Of a DNA stretch of 28,487 nucleotides, positions 17,493 to 25,921 are shown one piece after another. The stretch comes from a virus. Lineage: Duplodnaviria > Caudoviricetes. The stretch is taken from positions 1 through 28,487 of IMG/VR virus record IMGVR_UViG_3300047407_000107; one strand, written 5' to 3'. The notes under the pieces were generated by a model that was not told the DNA's origin, did no database searches, and saw only the letters and a list, made by a program, of their open reading frames with translations. The translations under genes and the position numbers were made by a program. Position 1 is the first letter of the stretch. Each line of letters begins with the position of its first letter.

Positions 17493-18995
17493 TTCAAGAA
17501 CAACACGATCTCACAGCCCAGCAGGGCGATAAGCGGATTCTATGCCACTTATATCGGTAAACAACGCAGCCAACCCTATGTGGAGGCTTCGCGCATGCCC
17601 GCAGGTATTCCCGACATGGAGCAAATGAATTGGCTCAATCCACAACGCGCCTTGTTCCCCTATCGCTGGAGCCTGTACTCGGCTGGACATGCTAACTTGG
17701 ATCTTGCCAAGGTTGACCCCCGCGAAGACATGATCCGCAACCGCGATCCCAGCGCCATGATATTTGCAGACTCCGGCGGGTTCCAGATCGCCAAGGGAGT
17801 ATGGCCGGGACGCTGGGCTGATACCAGTGATGTCAACGCCGAGAAGCAACGGGAAAAGGTCCTGAAGTGGCAGATGGGCATCGCGGATTATGGCATGACC
17901 ATGGACATACCCACGTGGACCTATCTCAATCCCGAAGCCGCTGAAAAGTGTGGTATCCACAGCTACGACGATGCCGTAAAGGCCACACAATACAACAACG
18001 AATATTGGATCGCTAACCGATACGGCGACACCCGCATACTCAATGTGCTACAGGGCAGCAATCACAACGAAGCTGATCACTGGTATGATCTCATGAAGGG
18101 CTACTGTGATCCCAGCCGATATGACCGGCATTTCAATGGTTGGGGCATGGGTGGTCAGAACATGTGCGATGTACACTTGGTCTTGAAGCGCCTGGTCACT
18201 CTCATACACGACGGGCTGCTGGAGCCGGGTGTGCATGATTGGATGCACTTTTTGGGCACGTCTAAACTGGAATGGGCTGTGTTGTTGACCATGATGCAAC
18301 GTGCGGTGCGTCGATATCACAATCCCCATTTTACCATCAGCTTTGACTGTGCCAGCCCGTTCTTGGCCGTGGCCAATGGACAATTGTATCACAGCATCGT
18401 AACCGAAGACCGGGGCAAGTGGAGTTATCGCATGAGCCCCACGGCCGACAACAAGAAGTATGCCGGGGATTCGCGCAGTTTCGGCGATGCTGTGCGCCAA
18501 GATGGTATCCATCCGCAGTTCGAAGATTCGCCCATAACCAGCCGTCTCAAGATATCGGATATCTGCTACTACAAACCAGGCGATCTCAACAAGATCGGCA
18601 AAGAAGGTCGCACCAGCTGGGACAGTTTCAGCTATGCTTTGCTCATGGGTCACAGCGCCTGGATGCACATCGAAGCCGTGCAGCGAGCCAATCGCGTGTT
18701 TGATTCTGGTAAGGCGGCCCCGGAGATGTTGGTGCATGCACTGGATCCCGATTATGATATCCAGAACCTCGTGGATGAAGTGTTCCGGGCCCGGGATCGT
18801 GAGCGCAGTCTTTGGCTTATAGATCACTACAGCAACGTCTGGATGGATGTGGTTGGTACCCGGGGCTATACTGGAAAACGAGCGGTGAGCGCCAGGCCAC
18901 AATTTTCTCTGTTGTTTGATGTAGATGAGCCCGAGGAAACAGTAGAACCCGAACTGGATCAAGCACGATTAGATAAATTGGAGGAATCGCAATGA
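17489..18995 (+). CDS. tRNA-guanine transglycosylase-like protein (DpdA-like), with an apparent frameshift near 17525-17530
   Basis: FADSGGFQ, MTMDIP, NVLQG, HFLGTS, ISFDCAS motifs; no CxCxxC zinc site seen. ATG 17489 (ATGA overlap) is out of frame with the long ORF (track start GTG 17580). Confidence 0.8.
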
Positions 18996-19519
18996 ACCGA
19001 CCCGGATACGACTCAAAAAGTTTCTTCCTGGGGCGCGAAGTAGAACATACGCCGGTCCGGGGACAAAAGACTCTGTTCGTGATAGGTCTGCAACCCGTAG
19101 ATCGGATACAGGCCCTGCTGAATGATCCCTATCTCGCCCTGGGTAACGAAAAAACACAACACATCTACTTTGGTGCCAACCATAGCTACGAGCCCAGCAC
19201 TGATCAAGATTGCCAGGATTGGTGTCGGCTGATCGAGACCTTTCTCAACGCTGGTTATTGGTGTACCTTGGATTTTGATATACAGTATGCCGAACTGGTC
19301 GCGAAATCTGCTCTGGTCAGATACAATACATTCATACCCATAATCAGTGCTAAGATACCGCACATACGTTCCTTGAACTACAACACCGTATTGAAGATCG
19401 ATGATCGAGACTTTGCCGACACCAATCCCGGAGTATGGTGTCATAGGCTACACGATTTACAAAGCACCAATGGTTTCACCCACTGGAGCGCATACACCAA
19501 AGATGAGGTACTGCGATGA
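18992..19519 (+). CDS. Hypothetical protein coupled to the TGT-like gene
   Basis: GGAGG SD, ATGA overlap; HIYFGANHSY, KIDDRDFADTNPGVW. Confidence 0.8.
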   Translation: MNRPGYDSKSFFLGREVEHTPVRGQKTLFVIGLQPVDRIQALLNDPYLALGNEKTQHIYFGANHSYEPSTDQDCQDWCRLIETFLNAGYWCTLDFDIQYAELVAKSALVRYNTFIPIISAKIPHIRSLNYNTVLKIDDRDFADTNPGVWCHRLHDLQSTNGFTHWSAYTKDEVLR

Positions 19520-19737
19520 CATTGTGGAATGATGATGGGCTGTGGTTGTTTACGCCCACTGAACTGGCACAATTGCCCGATGGGATCGAACTCACATCAA
19601 TCTCAGGTGATACTGCGATCAAAGGCACAGATGAGATCGATCAAGACACCAGGTTTGGCTATACGGCCTGGGGTGTGTATGATCCACTCAATCACAAATA
19701 TTCGCACCTGTTCACGATGTTTAGACTCAGACAGTGA
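19516..19737 (+). CDS. Small hypothetical protein
   Basis: 73 aa, ATGA overlap. Confidence 0.7.
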   Translation: MTLWNDDGLWLFTPTELAQLPDGIELTSISGDTAIKGTDEIDQDTRFGYTAWGVYDPLNHKYSHLFTMFRLRQ

Positions 19738-19937
19738 TTGATATTGAATATAATTTCCATGGTCAATTAAGTGAAATCATGGATATTGGGATGTGGTTAG
19801 AGTCTAATATGCCTAACTCTCCTCTACCTGATCCGCAACGCTGGAGCATTGGTTACAGCTCTGATGGGCGCGTAGGAATAAGATTCAACGACGAGCATGA
19901 TGCTACTTTATTTTGTTTACGATGGGGCAAATGGTAA
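19734..19937 (+). CDS. Small hypothetical protein
   Basis: 67 aa, GTGA overlap, ends IRFNDEHDATLFCLRW. Confidence 0.7.
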   Translation: MIDIEYNFHGQLSEIMDIGMWLESNMPNSPLPDPQRWSIGYSSDGRVGIRFNDEHDATLFCLRWGKW

Positions 19938-20404
19938 TGGATCCTAGACAACAAGCTTTGGCTGAGCAAGCTGTGAAGATTATGAGTCAAGCCCAGCGAC
20001 AGATCTGGGTGACCTTTCAAATGGAAGGCATCCATAAATACCCGGCAGCGGCCACAGATCCCAACTTGGCCACGGGTGATCAATATGACGTATCGTTTCT
20101 TGCCCATCCTCATCGTCACATGTTTCATTTCCGCGTGTGGATCGATGTGTTCCACAATGACCGGGACATCGAGTTCATCCAGTTCAAAAGATGGCTCTTT
20201 TCGCTGTATCATGGTGCAGATCCCATACTGAATCTCGATTCGCGAAGCTGCGAGATGATCGCAGATGACCTATATCTTCAAATACAAGGCCGCTATCCAG
20301 GTCGCACAGTGTGGATAGAAGTATCCGAAGACGGCGAAAACGGATGCTTGATCAAGTACGAACAGCCGGTGTTTCAATCTAACCCCTGGACCATAATCAA
20401 CTGA
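19937..20404 (+). CDS. QueD/PTPS paralogue (T-fold), DpdL-like
   Basis: EGIH...LAHPHRHMF (LxxxHRHxF), RDIEF, SCEMIA, VSEDGENG; TAATG overlap start. Confidence 0.7.
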   Translation: MDPRQQALAEQAVKIMSQAQRQIWVTFQMEGIHKYPAAATDPNLATGDQYDVSFLAHPHRHMFHFRVWIDVFHNDRDIEFIQFKRWLFSLYHGADPILNLDSRSCEMIADDLYLQIQGRYPGRTVWIEVSEDGENGCLIKYEQPVFQSNPWTIIN

Positions 20405-20413
20405 GGAATCAAC

Positions 20414-20629
20414 ATGGGCAAATTCAACTATCAACCCAACCCCCGCGTCACAGCCGTGCTGGATGATCTGGCACAATATCTCAACTTCTGTCGAGACTAC
20501 GGTTATCGTTACGACGAAGCCGATCTAGGTAACTGGAAAAGTTACGCCTATCAACAATACAACAAGTTCTTGCAAGGCAAACCGGCCAAGAACATGTGGG
20601 ATCAACTGATCCGCCAGGCACGAGGCTGA
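20414..20629 (+). CDS. Small hypothetical protein
   Basis: GAGG SD; 71 aa, FCRDYGYRYDEADL. Confidence 0.75.
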   Translation: MGKFNYQPNPRVTAVLDDLAQYLNFCRDYGYRYDEADLGNWKSYAYQQYNKFLQGKPAKNMWDQLIRQARG

Positions 20630-20632
20630 TAC

Positions 20633-21871
20633 ATGCGAAAACTTTTCTACATGGGACTTGAGTCCTATGAATCTCGATACACTCTCCAGCTCACAGAGTG
20701 GAATCGCCGTGTGTTCGAGCGCCGGGGTATCAACGTGGTCTATGTGCCCGGGTCCACCATAGATGATAGCCAATCTATCTCGGTGGGTCAGGTCCTGGAC
20801 GCTCATGGTCGCAGCTATTTTGCCATGAGCCAGATGATGAATCTAGTGCAATGGATGCGCAGCGGTGAGATCACCTCGGATGACGTGATCTACTTTGAGG
20901 ACATGTTCCAGCCCGGTATAGAGAGCCTGCCCTATATCATGGATCAAGTATCAGCCGAATATCGTCCCAGAGTGTTTGTGCGCTGCCTGGCCCAGACCAT
21001 TGATCCCGATGACTTTGTGCATGTGTGGGGCATGAGCCGCTGGATGAGTCTGTATGAACACATGTGCAATGAGTTCGTGACTGGAGTATTGGCCACTTCA
21101 GAAGAAATGGTGGCTCATATGCGTATCGCGGGCTGGAGCGCCCCAATCTACAACGTTTCGGGTCTGGCGTTTGGCAAGGAAGAAGTCATAGAGCGAGTGG
21201 GTGGACGCGGTAACATACGACCATTTGCACAACGTCCCATGCGCGTGGGGTTTGCTGCACGTTGGGATCAAGAAAAGCAGCCGGGATTCTTTATGGACCT
21301 GGTTGAAAACTATCATTCGAACTCACTGGCACCGGTGGAATTTGCCATCTATCAAGGTGGCGCTCTACGCAGCAATAATCCCAGCTATGTGCGCCGGGCC
21401 CGTGATTTGGCCGAACAGGGCAAACTACGCATCTACGAAAATCTCACTAAGAATCAGTACTATCATCTGCTGAATGAAACACGGGTGCTGTTCAATTGCG
21501 CTCTCCAAGATTGGGTGTCCAACACTGTGAGTGAAGCCGATGCCTTGGGCGCCAATGTGTTGTATCCAGCATATCGTAGTTTTCCCGAGACATTTGCCAA
21601 TGACGCCGATCGCATGTATATACCTTGGAGCCATGATGATGCTGTTCGCAAACTTGATCGACTGTTGATTCGTCCGCATGACAATCAGGGATTGATTTCT
21701 GACTGGACCAATGGTACCATAGATCGCATCGTTACCATTATGGAAACGGCCGGAACCTGCTCCGAAGGTGGGATGGACTGTGGTGCCACCACTTGGTATC
21801 GCGGGAACAATCGCTATCGCGATCAGGTGGCACAGGCCAAATACTCGCTCAATACCGGAGATCATCAATGA
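20633..21871 (+). CDS. GT-B (GT4-like) glycosyltransferase
   Basis: VGFAARWDQEKQP, ALQDWVSNTVSEADALGANVLYP...FPE nucleotide-sugar-binding pattern. Confidence 0.8.
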   Translation: MRKLFYMGLESYESRYTLQLTEWNRRVFERRGINVVYVPGSTIDDSQSISVGQVLDAHGRSYFAMSQMMNLVQWMRSGEITSDDVIYFEDMFQPGIESLPYIMDQVSAEYRPRVFVRCLAQTIDPDDFVHVWGMSRWMSLYEHMCNEFVTGVLATSEEMVAHMRIAGWSAPIYNVSGLAFGKEEVIERVGGRGNIRPFAQRPMRVGFAARWDQEKQPGFFMDLVENYHSNSLAPVEFAIYQGGALRSNNPSYVRRARDLAEQGKLRIYENLTKNQYYHLLNETRVLFNCALQDWVSNTVSEADALGANVLYPAYRSFPETFANDADRMYIPWSHDDAVRKLDRLLIRPHDNQGLISDWTNGTIDRIVTIMETAGTCSEGGMDCGATTWYRGNNRYRDQVAQAKYSLNTGDHQ

Positions 21872-22818
21872 CTGTGATAGTTACCGGAGCCTCGGGCTAT
21901 ATCGGGGGTCAAACCCTGCTGCATCTGCGCGATCTAGGGCATGATGTGATAGGTATTGATCGCCGAGAACCCAGCAAGGTCATAAGCGATGCAGCATCGG
22001 ATTTCTTTATCGGCAGTTGCACTCTATTTCATGCGCGTAATCTCATACGTGATTGTCGACCCGATGCTGTGATACATTGCGCAGGCACCAGTCTGGTAGG
22101 ACCCAGTATCACCAATCCTCGTGAATACTACGAAAACAATTACCATGTCTCCAAGGAATTGGTAGACTGGGTTCTGGAACATTCGCCGCGCACCCGAGTG
22201 GTATTCAGTAGCTCGGCCAGTGTGTATGGAACACCGGTCATGACTCCCTGTCATGAAGTGGATCCTATCGTGCCCATATCGCCCTATGGTGAAAGCAAGG
22301 CCATGATAGAATGGATGCTGGCCAGCTATGCTCGAGCCTATCATTTAGACTATGTGAGCTTTAGATATTTCAATGCCTGCGGTGCCGATCCCCAGGCCAG
22401 ACATGGTCAGGAGCAGGGTGCTACACATGTGATTGCTCGTGTTCTGGAAAGTGTTCGGGACCATGTGCCTTTCACCATCTATGGCGAACAATATCCCACG
22501 TTTGATGGTACCTGTATACGGGATTATGTACACGTAGACGACATTGCCCATGCACACGCGCTGGCTCTAAACCCCAACGTGGGTGTGGGTGCCTACAATC
22601 TGGGTACTGGTCAGGGTCACAGTGTGCGACAGATCGTGGAAGCGGTGTATCGAGTCACTCGGCAGCAGCCGGACGTGATCATGGGAGATGCGAGACCTGG
22701 TGATCCTGCCGAACTCACTGCCAGCGCAGATCGATTCAGTCGCGAATCAGGCTGGCGTACGCGGTACAATCTAGATGATATGATACAGCATGCCTGGGCC
22801 TGGTACAATCGCGCATGA
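21868..22818 (+). CDS. galE: UDP-glucose 4-epimerase
   Basis: VTGASGYIG, FSSSASVYG, YGESK, FRYFNACGA, DGTCIRDYVHV; start at ATG 21868 (GGAG SD, ATGA overlap). Confidence 0.92.
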   Translation: MTVIVTGASGYIGGQTLLHLRDLGHDVIGIDRREPSKVISDAASDFFIGSCTLFHARNLIRDCRPDAVIHCAGTSLVGPSITNPREYYENNYHVSKELVDWVLEHSPRTRVVFSSSASVYGTPVMTPCHEVDPIVPISPYGESKAMIEWMLASYARAYHLDYVSFRYFNACGADPQARHGQEQGATHVIARVLESVRDHVPFTIYGEQYPTFDGTCIRDYVHVDDIAHAHALALNPNVGVGAYNLGTGQGHSVRQIVEAVYRVTRQQPDVIMGDARPGDPAELTASADRFSRESGWRTRYNLDDMIQHAWAWYNRA

Positions 22819-22844
22819 TATTGTCAAATATATCGACTACGACC

Positions 22845-22861
22845 TAAATAAGTTTTATAAT
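22845..22861 (+). promoter_or_regulatory. Promoter-like motifs TAAATA and TATAAT upstream of folE
   Basis: AT-rich intergenic gap; the same pairing occurs at 16068-16086. Confidence 0.45.
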
Positions 22862-22878
22862 AGCTCATGGAGGTAGTT

Positions 22879-23721
22879 ATGAACAAAAATTTCCAACCAG
22901 TCTGGAGTTCACCGCCTGGCCCCGAATTTCGTGATGACTTTTTGCCACGAGATCCTAACCACACCGAGACATCAAATGTTTCCCAGATGCCTGATACTAT
23001 TCAACCCAATTTGTCTATGGAACAATCGCGCATAAGTGATATTATACGCAGTCGTATCAAACAGACCAATGGTAGATTTTGGGCGGGTGACAACATCAGC
23101 GCCTGCCTGGAGCCCGGTGATAAAGATCGCTTGATTGAAGAAGCTACCTGGGCGTTTGAACAGGTTTTAGATAGCCTGGTGATCGATCGAGATAATGACC
23201 CCAACAGCCGGGGCACAGCTCGGCGCTTGGCCAAGATGTATTTCAACGAGATCATGAGTGGGCGCTACGACCCTGCACCCGACTGTACAGCCTTTCCCAA
23301 TGACAGTGACTCACGCTATGAAGGCATGCTGGTGGTACGTAGCGAAATACGCAGCATGTGTAGTCATCACCATCAGCCGGTATCAGGCGTGGCCTATATC
23401 GGTATCATCGCTGCCAATAAGCTGATCGGACTCAGCAAGTACACTCGCATCGCGCAGTGGTGCGCTCGACGTGGTACCCTGCAGGAAGAGCTGTGCAATG
23501 ATATCGCGAGAGAAATAGCTAATGCTACTGGCAGTGAGAATGTAGCAGTTCATATCGGGGCGGAACATGGCTGTTGCACCAATAGGGGCATAATGGCTAC
23601 ATCAAGTCTGACTCAGACTACTGTGCTTCGAGGTGTGTTTAAGACAGATCCCGGAACAAAGAAAGAGTTTATGGATAATATCAAACTACAACAGTCATCT
23701 GGCAGCAAAGGCGTCTACTAA
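22879..23721 (+). CDS. folE: GTP cyclohydrolase I
   Basis: TARRLAKMY, SMCSHHHQP, IGLSKYTRI, LQEEL, EHGCCTNRG; GGAGG SD before 22879. Confidence 0.95.
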   Translation: MNKNFQPVWSSPPGPEFRDDFLPRDPNHTETSNVSQMPDTIQPNLSMEQSRISDIIRSRIKQTNGRFWAGDNISACLEPGDKDRLIEEATWAFEQVLDSLVIDRDNDPNSRGTARRLAKMYFNEIMSGRYDPAPDCTAFPNDSDSRYEGMLVVRSEIRSMCSHHHQPVSGVAYIGIIAANKLIGLSKYTRIAQWCARRGTLQEELCNDIAREIANATGSENVAVHIGAEHGCCTNRGIMATSSLTQTTVLRGVFKTDPGTKKEFMDNIKLQQSSGSKGVY

Positions 23722-23775
23722 AGATACCCAAAACCATTGTCTCTCCAGGTTTTAGTTGGATCGATGTTTAGATGA

Positions 23776-23803
23776 TTGATTTTTTTCATTGAATCTATAT
23801 AAT
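23776..23803 (+). promoter_or_regulatory. Sigma70-type promoter
   Basis: TTGATT-16 nt-TATAAT in an AT-rich gap. Confidence 0.55.
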
Positions 23804-23838
23804 AAGAATATCAAACTCCAACAGGAATTTGCCCCAAG

Positions 23839-24138
23839 ATGACATCACCGAGACAGCAAGAAATACTGACCATCGCTCAGGAAGAATGTGCCGAAGTCAT
23901 CCAGGTCATAAGCAAGATACATCGCTTTGGACTGGGACACGAGCACGTCAGCAGCCATCGCGGCATCACCAACACGGAGAAACTCAACGAAGAAGTGGGT
24001 GACCTCCTGGCCATGATCGACCTCCTGATCGACGAAAACATATTGGACACTGCCCGGCTCACAGAAGCCAAACAGCGCAAAATTGACAAGCTCCGGATTT
24101 GGTCAGATATATACAAAGATAACCAAATCAAGGAGTAA
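23839..24138 (+). CDS. MazG-like all-alpha NTP pyrophosphohydrolase
   Basis: QEECAEVIQ...EEVGDLL (EExxE...ExxD). Confidence 0.8.
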   Translation: MTSPRQQEILTIAQEECAEVIQVISKIHRFGLGHEHVSSHRGITNTEKLNEEVGDLLAMIDLLIDENILDTARLTEAKQRKIDKLRIWSDIYKDNQIKE

Positions 24139-24140
24139 CA

Positions 24141-24326
24141 ATGTTATTACTAACTGCACTAATGACCGCCCTTCTGGGTTACCAGGTGACCATGCCCGCA
24201 GTGGACAACGCCAAATACACTTTTACGGTCTATGAGAATCACATCGTGCGCATGAATACACAGAATGGTAGTTTTGAAACCTGTGACCGAAATCTCAAAT
24301 GCTCACCGGTGCAGCAAGAAAAATAA
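24141..24326 (+). CDS. Small secreted/membrane-anchored protein
   Basis: AAGGAG SD; hydrophobic N-terminus; C-terminal Cys pair. Confidence 0.7.
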   Translation: MLLLTALMTALLGYQVTMPAVDNAKYTFTVYENHIVRMNTQNGSFETCDRNLKCSPVQQEK

Positions 24327-24332
24327 GTACCC

Positions 24333-24372
24333 AGCGGTCTCGGCGTCATCCCGCTTTACAAATTCTGCCGCC
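24333..24372 (+). ncRNA. Candidate H-type pseudoknot RNA, preQ1-I riboswitch-like
   Basis: AGCGG/CCGCT stem, 13-nt loop with CGGC pairing to GCCG 24367-24370; upstream of queD; ATAAGTA at 24323-24329. Confidence 0.4.
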
Positions 24373-24382
24373 ATGCTATAAT
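24355..24382 (+). promoter_or_regulatory. Sigma70-type promoter
   Basis: TTTACA-16 nt-TATAAT with extended -10 TG; AGGAGA SD follows. Confidence 0.65.
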
Positions 24383-24401
24383 CTAACATAGGAGAAATAA
24401 C

Positions 24402-24578
24402 ATGGCACAAAAACTAACTTACGAAGAATGGCGTTCTCTAAATACTGTAGTAATTGATACAGGTGTGAGCGAAGCATTGAAACAACAGCACAACATTGAT
24501 GCAGATGCTGAGGTTGAATCGGCAATGCGACGAGAATATGAAGCCTATCTCGCTTATGAAGCATCTAAGGGAGATTAA
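24402..24578 (+). CDS. Small acidic hypothetical protein (58 aa; not in the ORF track)
   Basis: AGGAGA SD; MAQKLTYEEWRS...EYEAYLAYEASKGD; stop 1 nt before the queD ATG. Confidence 0.75.
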   Translation: MAQKLTYEEWRSLNTVVIDTGVSEALKQQHNIDADAEVESAMRREYEAYLAYEASKGD

Positions 24579-24579
24579 T

Positions 24580-25059
24580 ATGGCCAAATATATAAGTACC
24601 AAAACCTACAGACAAATCGGACCAGTAGCCTACCGTCAATGGCGCGCCGATAGTCACTGCCGTCTCATACATGGATACGCACTCAGCTTCCACTTTGAGT
24701 TTGAATGTGATACCCTGGATGCTAGAAACTGGTGCATGGATTTTGGTGGTCTCAAACCTCTCAAAGATAAATTAGAAGAATGGTTTGATCATACCCTGCT
24801 GGTGGCCCAAGACGACCCCCAGCGCGAGGAATTACTGCGCCTGGGTCAGCTGGGTCTGGCCAAGATCACCGAAGTTGAAAAGACCGGCTGCGAAGGCTTG
24901 GCTGCGTTCCTGTACGAATACATCAATACCATTTTCCTGCCCCAGTATGGTGCAGAAGAAGCCCAGCGTATCTGGTGCTGTCGTGTAGAAGTGCGCGAAA
25001 CTGATTCGAACATGGCCATGCGCGTGGGCCACAGATCAGATGGTGAATTCCTTGACTGA
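24580..25059 (+). CDS. queD: 6-carboxytetrahydropterin synthase
   Basis: SHCRLIHGY, CMDFG, FDHTLL, GCEGLA, VRET; start at MAKYISTK with GGGAG SD. Confidence 0.92.
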   Translation: MAKYISTKTYRQIGPVAYRQWRADSHCRLIHGYALSFHFEFECDTLDARNWCMDFGGLKPLKDKLEEWFDHTLLVAQDDPQREELLRLGQLGLAKITEVEKTGCEGLAAFLYEYINTIFLPQYGAEEAQRIWCCRVEVRETDSNMAMRVGHRSDGEFLD

Positions 25060-25921
25060 TATTAACATAAGTCTACTGCTGGCCACACGCGGTCGTACCG
25101 CTGCGCTCACTCGCAGTGTGCGCAGCGTGTTTGAGCTGGCTGATCAGCCCTCGCAGATCGAGATGTTGTTTGCGTTTGATCGTGATGACCAAGTGGGTCT
25201 CGCGCATTGGCAAGAACACCTGCAACCCTGGCTGGATCAGCAGGGGCATCAATATCGAGCTCTGAAATTTGAACCCATGGGCTATACCAATCTGCATCTC
25301 TACAACAACAAAATGGCCCAGCATGCGCGTGGCAGTTGGTTTGTGATCTGGAACGATGACGCTGTGATGCAGACACAGGGCTGGGATCAGGAGATCCTAC
25401 GCTGGCAGGACCAGTTCCGACTGTTGGCATTCCGCACACACCAGGATCATCCCTATAGTATTTTTCCCATACTGCCACGCAAGTGGTTTGATATGTTTGG
25501 CTATATCAGTCCACACCCCACACAAGATGGTTGGTTGAGCCAACAGGCCTATATGCTGAATATACTAGAACGCATACCAGTCTGGGTCGAGCATGATCGC
25601 TACGATCTCACTGGCAACAACCTCGATGATACCTATCGCAATCGGCACATGCTGGAGGGCAAGCTAGACGATCCTCGAGATTTTCACAGTCGAGAGCAGA
25701 CTGAAATCAGACATCGCGACGCTGCTCGCATGGCTCAATATCTACGCGAGCAGGGATACGATATGACTTTCTGGGACAACATCTGGCAAGGTCGGCAGGA
25801 TCCCTGGGAACGTCTCAAGCAAAACGATATCAATCATCAAATGGTTCAGTTTTCTACTAGCCAACAGATGCAACAGCATTTTGCCACCACTGGTACTGCA
25901 CTCACACCTGTCGTCAAATGA
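25040..25921 (+). CDS. GT-A (GT2-like) glycosyltransferase
   Basis: ISLLLATRGR, FAFDRDD, WFVIWNDD (DxD-like), TQD, VEH. Confidence 0.8.
   Translation: MVNSLTDINISLLLATRGRTAALTRSVRSVFELADQPSQIEMLFAFDRDDQVGLAHWQEHLQPWLDQQGHQYRALKFEPMGYTNLHLYNNKMAQHARGSWFVIWNDDAVMQTQGWDQEILRWQDQFRLLAFRTHQDHPYSIFPILPRKWFDMFGYISPHPTQDGWLSQQAYMLNILERIPVWVEHDRYDLTGNNLDDTYRNRHMLEGKLDDPRDFHSREQTEIRHRDAARMAQYLREQGYDMTFWDNIWQGRQDPWERLKQNDINHQMVQFSTSQQMQQHFATTGTALTPVVK

Noticed and set aside
5113-18962. Long antisense ORFs (5113-6036, 18048-18962 and many shorter ones)
   Set aside because: They are shadows of + strand genes, with no motifs or SD sequences.
17082-18995. TGA readthrough or recoding fusing ORF 17082-17492 to the in-frame TGT-like ORF
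   Set aside because: TGA, TAG and TAA all end genes normally in this window, and the overlapping ATG at 17489 explains the junction better.
17580-18995. Canonical bacterial tRNA-modifying Tgt
   Set aside because: No CxCxxC...H zinc site, longer and divergent sequence, and no queA/queG in the window. A tRNA substrate is not formally excluded.
23722-23838. tRNA or intrinsic terminator in the largest intergenic gap
   Set aside because: No cloverleaf and no convincing GC-rich stem before the T run; the gap is explained by a promoter.
24496-24579. N-terminal extension of QueD from 24496
   Set aside because: The region belongs to the 24402-24578 ORF, and ATG 24580 has its own SD.
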